Numbered from the whole stretch's first letter, positions 14,001 to 28,673 are shown. The stretch: DNA of 57,801 nt, filler included, from Platydemus manokwari (GCA_037951405.1; 5 parts of 5 records of this genome joined end to end with filler, not necessarily neighbours in it), one strand, 5' to 3'. Notes: generated from the sequence alone by a model not told the origin. Program-made: numbers and translations.

Positions 14001-17000
14001 TATGTAATCAAATAATTTATTACTCTGAATATTGCCGAATTATACTCGAAGACGTCGAGTTAATGTACACTCAATACCAGTCTGGTATATTTATATTTTT
14101 TGTCAACATCGTTATACACCACCGATTTTCCAATGAACCTATAATTGCTTAGATTTTTCAGAAATCTCTTTCTATTCGCATCTTTTAGATTCCAATATGC
14201 AACCATTTTACTAATGAACAGACTGCTACGTCTTCGTTATCCTTTATCCAAATCACTTTGCTAAACAACTTTTAAAACATTTATAAATCATCACTTGAAT
14301 TTACTTTCTTTAACATCTGGTTTTTTCATCAAATACTGTTAGCATTAAACTAAACATAATCTTGATAGACTATAGTCAAATGTGGAGCTCAAAAATAAAA
14401 TTGGCAAAGGACATTTGAAACTGGGATATAATGCTAGCCTTCTTCATATAAGCGATTGTGATTTCTTGATTTTACTCATTTTTTCTGTAAAAATAAAGCT
14501 TAAATTTTCTAGTCACGCAGTAACCTTTTAAGAGTTTTCTATGGCCCGTTCTACTCCTCTGTCATAAACTTGGCTTAAAATTACTTAAATGGTTTCAAAA
14601 TTCCAATATTTATCGAGAATGATGTCTTTCCTTTGTTATCAAAAAACGAAATTCGCTGCAGTTGATAATTTTTTCATAAAATTATTGAAACCATTCCACG
14701 GTTATTCAATGTACAACTATCGTTTAATAATCTTTTATGAATCACTGATTATAACTGAAGAGACTGAGAAATTACTTTATACTATGTTGATATTACAACA
14801 ATTTTAGTATTCTTAAGCTCTTCGTAACTGGTTCAAATACTTGATTCGAATATCTGATTTCTTGATGCCAAATACTCAATTTTTCCTATTAACTTTTAGA
14901 TCACATAAGTTAGTCAGTTTGTAAACTTTCCTAGACATTTTTCTTTGATTTTAACGCCCATGCTAATTAATACAGCTATCTGAAGATTCAACTCGTCAAG
15001 CTCTGAAACGCAGTTGGTACAGTACACAATCCTATAAGTAGTCTGTGAAACGAAACAAAAAACTATGAGTCCTCTTTTAATTCTGTTTGACAATAAACAC
15101 GATACAAGTAGATAGTTGAGAAAACTTAAATAAACTGAAATAAAGCTTGAATATTGAACAATGGCAAATAATTTTGTGAATGCCTGTAGTAAATTGGCAA
15201 CAAATCTTCTACAGCTTTTGTTTCTTCGGGCTTGTTGTGATATTGATTGTAGTATAGATCCATGAGTAGGGTTCATTATAAAAGATTAATAAATCAAAAT
15301 ACTTCTACTAAATCAACAACTGTAGAGTTTTAAATAATACTTCAGTTGGGTAATTGCACTAAGGTTGTTTATTATAATTATAATTATATACGTGAAATTT
15401 GCAAAGTTCAACATTTTCCAATAATCATTTAATAAAAGATTTTAAATACATCTATTCAGGGAACGGAACTTATCAGTTCATTCAGAAAGTTATTAAATCC
15501 TCATCAAGTATTTAATCTTGATTATGGTGGACCTTTACCCGGCTTGCATTGTTATCGGAATCTTATTAATTTTAAAATTCTTGTATGTGGTGGTGATGGT
15601 ACAGTTGGATGGGTATTATCTTGCTTAGACAATGTTGGCCAAGATGCAAAATGTCCCCATCCACCAATGGCTATTGTTCCTTTGGGAACTGGAAACGATT
15701 TAGCTCGAGTTCTTCGATGGGGTACAGGTTATACTGGAGCTGAAGATCCTTTGTCTCTTTTAAAGTAATTAGAATTATTTATTTAAAAAAATTTTTAAAT
15801 ATTCAAAACAATTTGCTTTTTTCATACACAATTAAGCGTCTCAACCTTAAAATGTATTTCAAAAAATTTCCAATAAGATGTTTGTGAGCTCCTTTTGTTT
15901 ATCTCAAAATTTCTGGATTTCAAAATATAAAAATATTATGAATAATAATAATATATTCCGGACAAAACCATGATGACATTGAAGATTTATGATAATCTAA
16001 ACGATAATTATAACAAATATTATAATACAGGCTTGATCGTTGAATACGATTTTAAATACAAATTGTACTTCTATTTGATAAGATTTTCAATAATATGTAA
16101 CTTTCTTCTTGTCGAATATTAACATAACAGATGCTTTCCAGTTAGTTGATCATCAAATAATTTATAGACATTTATTGGAAACAATAAATGACATTTTTGA
16201 TTGATCGATTTGACAAATATATTCTTCAAGTTGTTTCGAATCACTTATTATGAAATCATTTATTTAATATAAAATATGGTTTATTGTAATTCTAAAAATA
16301 TTGAAATTAAATTATTCTTTGATTTATTTTTGATATGAAGATGATTTATAAGCTATTGATTTTCTTACTTGAAATAAATAAAATTCTAAACGACGAGAAG
16401 CTATTATTGAAATTGAATGATGAAAACATTGTATTATGTAAAAATGATGTTTGTTAACAGTGTAATTATTTCTTGATTAAGTCACAAATACAATAAAACA
16501 ACTCTTGAACTCATATTTCTTATGTATATATTTTGTATGTTTAGATATGTAGGAGGAGTAGTAGTAATGACATTGTTATCAACAAAATATCAAATCTTAA
16601 CACACAAAACCATTGCGTTGTACATTTGTTAGATGGTTATATCCTAAAAATAAATAAAACAATTTTGTTTTATTATATTTGTTTTAAAATTCTAATTTTA
16701 TCCAATTGAAATTGAAAATGCTCGATTAAAGACAGTGTGTGTTGTATTATATCAAAATGGGAATTGTATAATTTTCAAACTCAAATTATTTATATAATCT
16801 GGTAGCTTTCTTTTCAAGGTGTTTTGTTTGGAACTTATTTTCAAATGTAAAATAAACCAATTCTAAATGTATTCGTACAATGTTTTTGGATCTATCTAAT
16901 ATTTTCATTCCTAAACGTTATTACAATTCTATTAGAAAAAATATGAGTTTTGATATTATTACTGCCTAAAGTTTAGGTGAAGCATTCTATTGTTTAACAG

Positions 17001-20000
17001 CCAATCAAATTTGAGAATTCAATAGTTTGTGTTGAGTATGTTTAATGTAATTTCTCTTTTTCATAATACACTATGGTTGTATGGTAGTAATTTAATTTTC
17101 CAACAAAATCGCAAATTTATTGACAGAAAAATAATAAAGATTTTTCAAAATTTGACTGGTGTTTTGTGATTCCATAAATTATAAAGAAAATTTATTAAGA
17201 TCAATGAAGAGGAACTATAGGAAATATCAAAAAACCGAAGTGAATATTAAATTATCAGTCAAACTACAACACGTGTAGTAGAAAATTTTCTCAGAAATAC
17301 ACCGCGAACAACTTGAAACAATTCATGAGAGAATTCATTGTGTTTTTATGGCTAAGGAAGACATTGTCGAATATTAAATGTAGATGAGCCAATCAGTGAA
17401 TTTTTTAGGATGTCTATAAGAAAATTTGTTAGAAAAGTCTATATTTTCAAAATTTCTTATTGGAATAATCGCTGTTTTTCTTCTTACTAAAACTCTTATG
17501 ATTAATAATGTAAAAATATTAATTCATAATTCCTATCTATATTCCAAACTCGTTGGATTTCGTTAATAGAAACTCGTAATTTATTTGCACAAGTTATTTG
17601 CTTATTACTTGTATAATCAAAATAATGACTTCTATTTTCAGTATAAATTGAGAACACAAAAAATATATTCCATAAAGATTATTATTGTGGAAATAAGAGA
17701 TTTTTAATTGTTTGGTAAACCATTAAAATTGTCATAAAACTTTTTGTTGCTGTCTTTCAATGAACTCTGGAATTTATCTGGCGTTGTAAACACTAACAGT
17801 TATAATTAATATATTGAGTTTAAAACATTGATTTACACTAAAGTTTTTAAATCCATTTATAATCTCTTCTATATTAGCATATTCGTCATTACTATCTGAT
17901 ACTTCTATTCCAGCTTTCAGTATTTATTTTACTATAAGAGAGCTTTATTATTTAGTGCTTGACTTTCGTCAAATGTACGCGTGGTGCAATGATTATTTTT
18001 ATAAAGCCATCGTAAAGAATGCAAATATCACTGTTGTTGTGGGTTAAATATGACACCAGACTGTATTCACTTTTTGATATCATGATATTCCTACTAAATA
18101 ACAATTATTCTGTGATGAGCCAAGGCTGATGGAAGTGTTCATATATATAATGTTAAAAAAAATAAGTTAAGGCAAGAAATGAAAGACTGAACAGTCTAAA
18201 TCCTATTTGAAATGACAGTTTTTAATATAAGTTGTCTTTTATGATGAGTTAAGTGCATGGATTTGCCGCAATACGTAACAAGCCCAACATCAAAGTAAAA
18301 CATGAGTAGCTAGGATCTCATAAAGGTCCTGCAGTTAGTAAAGGAGATGCAACATGCAAAATATTGTAATCAAAAGAAGACATGCTCCCGTCTTCGGATA
18401 GTGAATCAGCAAAAGCAATGTTAGGGCTCTTTGAAAATCTAACAACTCGACAATTTACAGTATTATCGAACGTCGAAACGAACATGATGGATGAAAAGCA
18501 CAGCGAAAAGAGTACATAAGAAAGTACAAAGACCAGATATCCGTCCTAGTCGACGTGGCCTGCGTTTGTCTGAAGTCTCTGGGGAACCTCTCACGGTGTA
18601 ATTGTTTTTAAAAAAAAATTTCACTTTTGCTTCTTATTCAATTTGCTTATGAGATAAATTACAGTTTTGTAATTTTGTCTGATTGACTGTGTTAATATCA
18701 ATTAGTCACAAATTCGCTCCAGATATTTTTATTATTGCAAGATCTTCTTTGAATCTTTAACAAAATGAAGATTTCTCATCTCTCAATGATGTTATCTATT
18801 AAGAATATATTATCGGTTCTTTCAGCATCATGGTTTAAGAAATTTGGTCTCAGTGATCGGCTTAATTATATTAGATCAGAATAATAGAATATAAAACTGG
18901 GGATCTTGTATAAATTATGCCCATATGGGCTGGAGTTTTACAAGTGTTATATGTCTGGTAATGCCAAGTAAATATAAGACTACCTTGTCCACAAGAACAA
19001 GTTCTTTACTGACCATTTCATTGATAATTTTGAGAGCTTGGTTAGATGTTCTCTATATATATATTGTCAAATAAAGAGTCTTTTGTTTTAAAATCTTTGA
19101 CTATTTCAAGACATTTATTAACCAACATTTTTAAATATTTAAGGTTACGTATCAACAGATATTTTGACATTAATACTGTTAGACTGGGTGGCAATAATTT
19201 TAGGGGTAGAATTTTACAAAATTCATTGATTGTAGATTCTAATCATTTCAACTACATTGCTTTCAATAATGTTCCAAATTATGAAATAATAATTTGTTTA
19301 TGAATGCAAATAAATATTTACTGGACTCGAATTGACATTTTCATACCAAAAACATTCTTAAAATAATAGTTCGTGTCAAAAATGTCTTGTGGAAAAATAT
19401 GTTTGCTTTTTTAGAATAAATCATAGCATATTGATAAACGTTCATATTTATAACGTGGTTATTGAATAGATAATTAGATTAAATTAATTTTAACGCTTTG
19501 AGGGACCCATGCGTCTATAACCGTCAATTTCGAACTTCATTTGTTCCTACTGTCCGTCAATGTGTTAATTGATAATATTACTAATTAAAATATGTGGATA
19601 TTTTATTACAACGTTATCATTATATTTTCTGCCGAGAAATAATTATTTTCCTAACGAGCTGAAATGTTCATTAACAATTAAAAATGTTTCTTATATTTCA
19701 AACTAAACAAATAATTCTATCAAATGGATCAATTAAATTGAATATAAATATTTTTTTTTCAATCATCTTTATTAATTAATAACCACAGTGTGTTTTATAT
19801 CTGAACATTTTGTTTCTATTTAATTTTTTAGACAATTAATCTTTTGTATAACTACTTTAATCACATAGAAAGTTTAATTAGTTTCAGTCCGTTATTCCCT
19901 TAGAGAGATTTGAATCATCTGCGTGTGTGTGTATGTGTGTGTGTGATATGCCTATTAGAAAGTAATATCATCTCTAAACTCAAAATATTGAAGATGTAAA

Positions 20001-21444
20001 CATATTTTATCGATATCGTCATTAATTTTCTTCATTGATATAGATTTCTATTCATTGCAGATTTAATCTTGTCAAAAAAAATCATTTTGTTCCTTCCGAT
20101 TTTTGGAATTTCTTTAATATATGAAATCCAATCAATGGATAATAAATTGTGAAATTATTTTAATGTAATTTCCATTAAAATCTTTCCGAACAAATTCACG
20201 TTTGTCGTTTGAAAAGTTTCAATTATTTCAAATCATTTGTTCGAATTTTTTATTTTGTTGATCCGCCGTTTAATTGACTAAATATTGTATTTTATTGAAA
20301 AGGAAAAGTCTATTGTTTTCATTGGAATTATAGCTTGAAATTCAATTATTTTTTTGAATGAAGCTGATTATTATGGCGAGACATTTAATGATTTGGAAAA
20401 TAGATATTTTATGTCATATCCTACATATATAGATCATTGATCTATGTGACACTTTTATGTTATTTTAAGAGATATTAATTAGTTGAACGTATTAAAAATA
20501 ACAACGAAATATCATTGTAACATAGCGGCTAATTCAGATTAAACGAGGCTAGAATATTTTCACTCCAAAAAACGAAATGAATGTGCAAGTTGAAAACCAA
20601 TATTTGTTGAACTTTAATTATTATTATTTTTTCTTTTTATAATTATTGGACATACCTATTTAGATGCGTTGTTCGATATCCGATAGCTTATCGTTATATA
20701 TTCAATCCACCTAAATTTATATTATTGTCTATTAATAATATAACAATTTATAAGAATTGGTCATTGTGTTGTGTTTTGTTGGAGAATGATTACTATAACC
20801 TAGCGATATAATATCTTGTTCTTTTTCTGACATAATTCTTTATAAATTTAAATGGGTTAATAATAGCATAATGGCTATAAATATGAAATCATAAGTTTCA
20901 TAAGACGGATAATATGTTATTATTTTTCAAAATTACTTATCCGAATCGAAAACGTATCATTAATTATATTTTACATGTATCAAGGTTATGCTAATATTAG
21001 AGTTGATGTCAAGGAGAGAATATTTTTATACATAATATTTAAAGATAGCTAGTAGCATATATTTCTTAAATCTCAATGGATATTTGATTATACTAGGTGT
21101 ATCAAGATTAGAATTTCTAAACATTAATATTAACTTTTCGAATGTCAATTTAAGAATATTATTTTTGGAATTATGAATCAATTTTTAAGATACTAATCTT
21201 TCAGAGATGTAGTCGAAGCTGAAGAGATAAGATTGGACCGTTGGACAGTTATGATCAAACCAAACGAAATGGAAAAAGATGAGCAAAAAAGAGCTTTGCA
21301 ATTGCAAGCAAATGCAGCTAATACTAACGAAGAAACAACGCGTATTTTTCTGATGAATAATTATTTTGGGCTAGGTATTGATGCTGATCTAAATTTGGAT
21401 TTTCATTTGGCTAGAGAAGAAAATCCCGGTAAATTTACTAGCAG
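11036..21444 (+). CDS. DGKQ: Diacylglycerol kinase theta-like, internal exons only (partial at both ends)
   Basis: Exons 11036-11324, 11370-11575, 15460-15764 and 21205-21444 splice in frame. An RA/RRM-like region (VYVGNL) precedes [50 protein letters not shown] and [25 protein letters not shown]. The N-terminal C1 domains and the C-terminal accessory domain are not found in this contig. Confidence 0.9.
13560..15300 (-). mobile_element. Possible highly decayed LTR retrotransposon gag/protease remnant in a DGK intron
   Basis: Coding-like composition with many stops. A degenerate protease-like peptide ([11 protein letters not shown], compare LDTGA) lies near 14055-14090, and a pre-RT linker-like peptide near 13740-13795. 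No intact domain. Confidence 0.3.
19490..19568. mobile_element. Miniature piggyBac-like MITE (71 bp) with TTAA target-site duplication
   Basis: TTAA|CGCTTTGAGGGAC ... GTCCGTCAATGTG|TTAA. The 13-bp inverted termini match at 10 of 13 positions. Confidence 0.6.
19921..19945. repeat. (GT)n microsatellite, imperfect
   Basis: gcgtgtgtgtgtatgtgtgtgtgtg. Confidence 0.85.
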
Positions 21445-21700
21445 GTTGTTGATTAATAATTTCTTCTGTTGTCCAGTTGTTTGTAACGATTAAAATCTAA
21501 TATATACAATGCCTAGTTGTATTTATTGTTGTGCAATTGTTTATATATATAATAACTTTTACGGTTTCATTGAATTTTGCAACATTATTAAAAATGTAAC
21601 AATTCGTGATTTGAATACTCATCTATTATTCTTTTTATTCCATATTTTAAAAATTATTATAAGCATATTAATGAGTTATATTAGTTCTATACAGTTTCAA

Positions 21701-21743
21701 ATATATATATATATGTTTGTGTGTGTGTATGAGAGAGAGAGAG
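21701..21743. repeat. Compound (AT)/(GT)/(GA) microsatellite
   Basis: atatatatatatatgtttgtgtgtgtgtatgagagagagagag. Confidence 0.8.
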
Positions 21744-23641
21744 CGAGTGATCAAACTCACGCTAATAAAAAATCCATTTCCCAATTATGATATGTTAATA
21801 GTAATCCATTTCATTAAACATCATTTCGTTCAATTTCACTCGAAGAAATGTTTCAAATATAGATTATTCGAAACTATAAATACTAAATTAAAAAAATTTT
21901 TATTGAAAGTAGTTTTACTCTTCAAGCCAAGATGGCTGCAGAGACAAATTAATTTTTGATTCTCAACTCATTCTCAAACTGGTGAATTCCAGTGGGAATG
22001 GAAGGTAATCGGTCATTAGAAAATATAAAATGCGCTCTTGCTCGTTAAAAGCGTCAATGTCAATTTTTATGCTAATTATTATCACTGCAACAAATATAAT
22101 TGACTTCTATTATCTTCATTTTAAAAAATCGATTATTTTTATATTAGTAGACAACAATCTGTATCATTAAATATCAGGGAATTTTGTCCTAGTGACAAGT
22201 AACTACCTTGACATCTTAAATGCCGTAATTACTTGAGATCTATTGATATAAATCCCGTTTGGAAATTTAAATCCGATGTCAGCAGACTTCTTATTTAAAA
22301 GTCTTCTGAAATAATTCACTAAAACACTTATACACAGATTCTAAAGAAGATTATTGTAATAATAACAAAAGTTTCAGGGTAGAATCCTGTAGAATTTATT
22401 TAAAAATGTTTCCACAAAAAGGAAATATGAACAAGAAATAAATTCTGGTTATGTGCTCTTGAATGAATTTATTTATTTGAAACTAAATATACTTAGAAGT
22501 AGAAAGAAAATTTTAAAATGGTAGAAAATAGTAATTAAAACATAAAGATATACGTTTTCGAGCAACAAATTTATGATCATATCACAAATGGAATTAAATA
22601 GTAATTCTTGATAAACCTTGATTATTATAGTCCCGGTTCCAGAGCATATTAATATATAATATAAATTCCGAAATGTTCTTGACATCCAATAAATAATTAA
22701 ACTGGTGACTAACAGTAATTCATCTATGAATACAGTTCTGATAATTTGTGAACAAACATAGATTAGTAGATTATTAAATTAAAATTAACTATCTATATGG
22801 AACCTGTTGAAGACCTGTAAACCGTTTGGTATAATTGAGGCTTAATTACATATTCGAATAGTTTATATATTTTTAAAATATAATTTATTTTGTCCTTAAC
22901 TGAAAGTGTATGATTCTTACGCATTTCTGCGTTCAGATTTGAGTTTAGATTTGTTTTAATCTCACGGGGTAAATTTGCAAAAAATATAGATTATTTTATT
23001 TTGTGAAGATTTAACTCTTCACTTTTTGCGGATTAAGTATTTGGTGATTATAATTGATATTTTTAATAAAAGATCACAATAATTTTCCATTGATTTATAA
23101 AATAAAGTTGATTTATTGATACTTGAACCATACCAATATTATTTTACACAAATAAACAGACTTCATTTGATTGAGAGTTTTTAATTCAACTTGAAAAGAA
23201 TTCTTTTTCTACAATATTTTGTCATTTGAGATAAAAAAAATTTGGTAATTGCTTGTCTTAAAAAATATGAAACCAAATAACTGGTATAATTATAATTAAA
23301 GCATTTGAGAATTCTCAGGAGATTTATAGATTGCTTAAATTGGTGGTTGATCGAACGATTAAACCGAGAAATATTGTTGTTTTTCTTTGAATGATGAAGA
23401 TTTTCAAAACATTAATTTTTCTAAATGCAAAGTCAAATAATGAATATAAATTTTAATTTATAAAAACAATTTTGTTGTTAAATTCATGGATTAATGAGAT
23501 TCTTCGACCTTTAAATAGGTCAGTTTCGTTGTTAGATCGGTTGTGTTTGTTTCCCTGAGAGCAGTAATTTAATATGTTCTAATATTTCAAAATATAAACA
23601 AATATAGTAAATGACATTATAATTTATATATAAAGTATATA

Positions 23642-23741
23642 NNNNNNNNNNNNNNNNNNNNNNNNNNNNNNNNNNNNNNNNNNNNTTAATTAATTAANNN
23701 NNNNNNNNNNNNNNNNNNNNNNNNNNNNNNNNNNNNNNNNN
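23642..23741. other. Artificial contig-joining spacer
   Basis: 44 N + TTAATTAATTAA + 44 N. Confidence 0.97.
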
Positions 23742-25331
23742 AAGAACCATTAATGAAGTATTATTAGGTCTGTGTTACTTAACAATGACTTGAAATGGAT
23801 CCAAATTATACAAAGTATGAAATCAAAATCCTTTGACAATATGATCCTTTAAAATAAATTCTTTCAGCAAATGAACTTCTTCCATCACAATTAGTCCATG
23901 TTCCTTCTACGCAAACCAGTTTTCATAGTCTATAAAAACATAGCACTTGATATAAACATACAACATAAAACTTAATAATTATAATAACAATAATAATGTT
24001 GGGTTGTATAAGGTGTTTTTTGTTGTTAACCAACTCAACAGCGTGAGTTCCTTTATTATTAGTTCGATATAGAAATTAAATCAATAACACACAAATTATT
24101 TATAAGCTTTATTTATAAAGGATAAAAACAAATTTACAATAAAATTGCCTCAAACAGTTTAGCTCAAACAATTACTTAAAATAAACAAGTTGGTAAAGTT
24201 ATCTCAATGAGATCGTGAGAACTCAATTATTGTTCCTTATTATTTTGATCTATGTTTTACAATAAAGCTCTGAAGATGAATTCTTCAGAGTTTAGTGTAG
24301 GATTTTAAATATGCTTTAGTTACCAAACAGTATAAATATTATTTATCTTTATCGAGAAAGCTTTTATCTTTTCACTGAATAGTATTGTTCAAAAAAATAT
24401 CAACAATTGTTTTCAAAGAGTTTCCGATGGTGTTAAAATTTAAGAAGTCAATTTGACGGCGAGTTATCAAATTTTTAAGAGCGAATTGTGATGGAAATCC
24501 ATCTGCTGAGATTCGGTACTTTATACCTAGGATTTTCCATAACTCTTGTGAATTTTAATCATTTATTTTACTTTAACTAATAAATTTTTTTATTTTATAA
24601 AGTTCTTGAACTCAAAATTTTAATTAAATTATCTAACCTTAAAAACTTTATTATAAAATAATTAACCTTTAAAATTAAATATTAAATTTCTTTTCTACTC
24701 TTGCCTTATTTCTTATTTGATTTATGAATAATAATAATATATTTTATTTCATATACATTAATATATTAATATTTTTATATTTTTACACGATTTTATAAAT
24801 GATTTAATATCATAAAAATAATATTTACAATGTACAATCGAGTCAGAAGATACGGTGTTCACAAGAGTCAGATTATAAAAATAATTTATCAAATTATCAA
24901 GTTATCATCAAGATATTCAATGTTCAAAAGCCTCATATTATCATAAAAATTATTTATCAGATTATTAACAGGTCATTATCGAATAATGTTGTTTTGCAGA
25001 ATTGTCTAAATTGTAGGAACTGGATTGTCGGATTATAGCAGATTACGGTTTGAATTCTTGCTGACATCAAGCTTCCAAATCTGCATTCCAATTCCGGGTA
25101 CCCCAAGTTTCCCATTTTGGATTTTGTTTTATGGGTGCGATTGGTTTTATCTGGGTTGCGGTTTTTGGTGTCTTATTGGCGGCTGTTTCTGTTGTTGTTA
25201 TTGTTACTTAGTCATGTTATGGGCAACCCATGGTCTCCACTCACTATAAGAGCTAACTGTAAATTGAGTTTCCCTTCTTCGCTCTTCTCACTGTTTGGGT
25301 AGAGCACCAGTCGTTCTATGTTTTCCCAACA

Positions 25332-25349
25332 ATAATAATAATAATACTG

Positions 25350-25382
<33 letters not shown>

Positions 25383-25402
25383 TTAATAATAATAATAATA
25401 AT
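25332..25402. repeat. (AAT)n microsatellite
   Basis: About 70 bp of imperfect AAT repeats. Confidence 0.9.
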
Positions 25403-28111
25403 TTTATGTAAAATTTTATAACTTATATTCAAGTACAAGTGCACAATTTGTAAAACTATTTTAATAGATAGTCGTTTAGATTAGGTGAAAAGGTTTTAGA
25501 ATATTGAACTTAAATATTTGTACATCAAATAATATTTAGAATAAAAATTCTAATTATCTTAAAATCAATAATAACTGAGACAAGACAATACAATGTATTG
25601 TGGACGTGCACTAACATCAAGGGATCAGTAAAGGACGTGCCGTCTATGTGAGAGACCAGGCTTCTCAATAAAAAATAAATGTGATTGACCAAAAGTGAGT
25701 TTTCATTGAATTTCAAAATACTACATTTATTATGACAATCAATGAAAAAATATTCATTCTTAATTTGCAAAATATCTTCGGAACAATTGAATTAAATAGT
25801 GTTGTTCCACAAGAATTTTGAAATTGCCCAACAATTGAAAATATCGATAAAATAAATCTAATCATAGAGACGTGTGCGTCAAAGACCCAGAGAGCCATGT
25901 GATACATTTCTAATTATAAAGGTCTACAATTAATAAAATATTAGCGAAATTGTATTTTATAATCTAAAGAAATTAGGTGCAGGGGACTCGGTATTCATAC
26001 ACAATTCTCCACAAAACCTAAAACTGTCCATCACAGAATTTATTTAAATATTTCTCATTCAACAATGATTCATTTATTTATATCAAGTAAATGTGACGTG
26101 TCTGTCACATAGGTTCATTAGCACATAATTCAGTATCGATTAGATGACAATATTGTGTCAGCAATGCTTAAAATTAACAAAATCTGATAAAACTGACATG
26201 CTATACCGTCAATATTAACGATAATTAGAGATACCTGTCCTTGTGATATCGATTATTGAAGGATTGGCATAAATACAATAAATCATTATGTGTCTCGATA
26301 AATACATAATTGGCTCTTAATTTCACAAAATCTTTCATAATGTTCCTGGAATATGATAGAAATTGTCATTTCAATATAAGAAATCAAGTGACCAATCAGG
26401 TTTTATTAACTTGATAATTTCATTTTGATTATATTTATAAATTATCGTTACATGTCTGATGTTACTTAATGTTCCTTAAAACTCAGATGTTTTCTTGATA
26501 TCGTGGCGTTATCAAACAGCAATTTAAATCTGAAAATCACTATTTATAAAAATATTTCGCTCAAAGTCTCAATAACAACAACAACAACAAATCTCTTCGC
26601 AATTCACAGAGAAAATCTTTTAAGCTGGGATCAGCGGCCGAAAGTGAAAAAACAAAGTGAAGATTAATCAAAAAGACCGATTACTAAAATCACACATAAT
26701 CTAAGCACTGAAGTTACCGGACAAAAAGGACTGGCCATTGTGGTCAAAAATGGGTTCTTTTTATAATATTCCTACACACATTATTACATTGATCAATTTA
26801 AACAAATCGTTCTAGGATATTCTATTAATTTTTTTTATTTAAACAAATTATTAATGATTTTCTTTTAGAATATTTCTGAGTACATTTAGAACTTTTTAAT
26901 TATTTTTTAAAAGCTTATTGTTTTTCACCTTCTCGACAATATTAACAATCCTCTAATTGAAATTCTCTTAACAGTAATTCTCTTTGTATGAATTCAGTGG
27001 CCATTAAATATGGGAAGAGATGTTGAGGAAGAATAGATAAAAAACTAAAACACTTTGATTTATAAAATTTATGTTCATTGATAAACATCGTTTATGATTC
27101 ATGATGTCACTCATTTAACTCAATTTTCTCATTCACACTGGGTCTATTGATCTCAATATAATAGTTTTCATAATTTTAATTAAACTATTATCTGCAATTA
27201 ATCATTTGTGTCTCCTTTCATTATTGTTATTCATTTAAAATTTTTATTAAAGACTTTATTAAAACAATTCGAAATTAATTTGTAACTTAAAAGCTTGTGT
27301 AATCTCATTTTTCAGATAAAAATATCGATCCACAATAAATTCTTTTGGTTAAAAATAAACATCTTTTTATTGTTCTCTCATTAATATTTAATTATTTGTG
27401 ATTAGTTTCTCCTATCAATTGATTAATTATCATTTTTTTGTTGTCTATAATCGATATTTTATTGTGCATTTTTCTATTGTCGGTGTGAGATAAAATATAA
27501 AAATGCACTTTGGTTTGTGTTTTATTTATCAAGCATTTACTTAAATATTTGAACACCGCTTTATTAAACTGTGATTTACGTCAATCACAACCAATCGACC
27601 CTACTGCTGTGGGCTGTGATAATAAATTGAAGTGATTATAATCAAATTTATATGACAATTTGATCTGATGGTTAAATTATGATCCAGCTATGTGTGTATG
27701 ATTAATAAATCCATTTGGAACATCACAGTCGATTCTAGAAACCACAATATATATCAGCTAAGCTAACTCAAATTGTGGAATGAATTGGTGATGACTTGCT
27801 TAATTATTGTCAAGGTTCACCAATAATTTCCAAACCGTTAATTTAAAAGATGTGGATTTATTAAAATAAAAGAATCATTAATTTTTTATCAAAAACCACG
27901 ATCTAATAATTCGTTATTATTATCGATATTAATATTTAATAGATTATTTTATAATAATTATAATAATTATAAATATCATTTGTTGCTGCAGAACATAATA
28001 CATAAAATCAATGATATATATGACATCACAAAATGTTAGGTCATCATATAACACGAAAACCAAAATGTATTTCACTATATTAAAATGTCAGTATAATTGT
28101 TATAAAGTAGA

Positions 28112-28641
28112 TTAATATTTCATGTCAACGCAGCACAAAACCTCTATGTCATTTCTCGAGTGTTCATTTCCTCCATATGGAAAGAATCCGCAACCATGAG
28201 CTGGAGAGAATTTACCAACAACTACTTCTCCATTTACATCAGATCTTGCGATATAAAGTGGTTGACCATTATCCGAACCGCCGACAATTGCACCCTTTGG
28301 AACATTATTACCACGAACCTGCTTCCATTCAACACCGTCGTGATGTAGTATATTGGTTTCTACTAGCACCTATAAAACAAAATTCAATGTCCTATTAATA
28401 TAAATATTTGCCTAACTTCATATTGTTGTTTACAAATTTCCTTTCCTCCATAACTCACAAAGACTCCATTGTGACCATGAACCATTTTACCAGGTATATA
28501 CTCGCTGTTGTTCTGTGCCCTTCCAACAAAACACGAATCTCCAGCGCGGATGGCTCTTGGTGGAATTTCACCATTTGCAGCCCGTTGCCAAGAGACACAA
28601 ATTTCAACACCTTTACCAAACTGAGTGGACACTTTACTCAT
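28112..28641 (-). CDS. DM9-repeat protein (two DM9 domains, DM9CP/natterin-like lectin fold), 160 aa
   Basis: Exons 28641-28417 and 28369-28112 are separated by a 47-nt GT-AG intron. Two repeats: W...GEIPPRAIRAG...FVGRA...IPGK...VSYGGKE...YEVL and W...VPKGAIVGG...LYIAR...VVGK...PYGGNE...IEVL. Confidence 0.9.
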
Positions 28642-28673
28642 ATTGATTAAATTGATTCAGAACTACAGCCACA

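Noticed and set aside
14980-15015. Hammerhead-like CTGAAGA...GAAAC
   Set aside because: Stem II does not pair, and no stem I/III with a cleavage triplet is evident.
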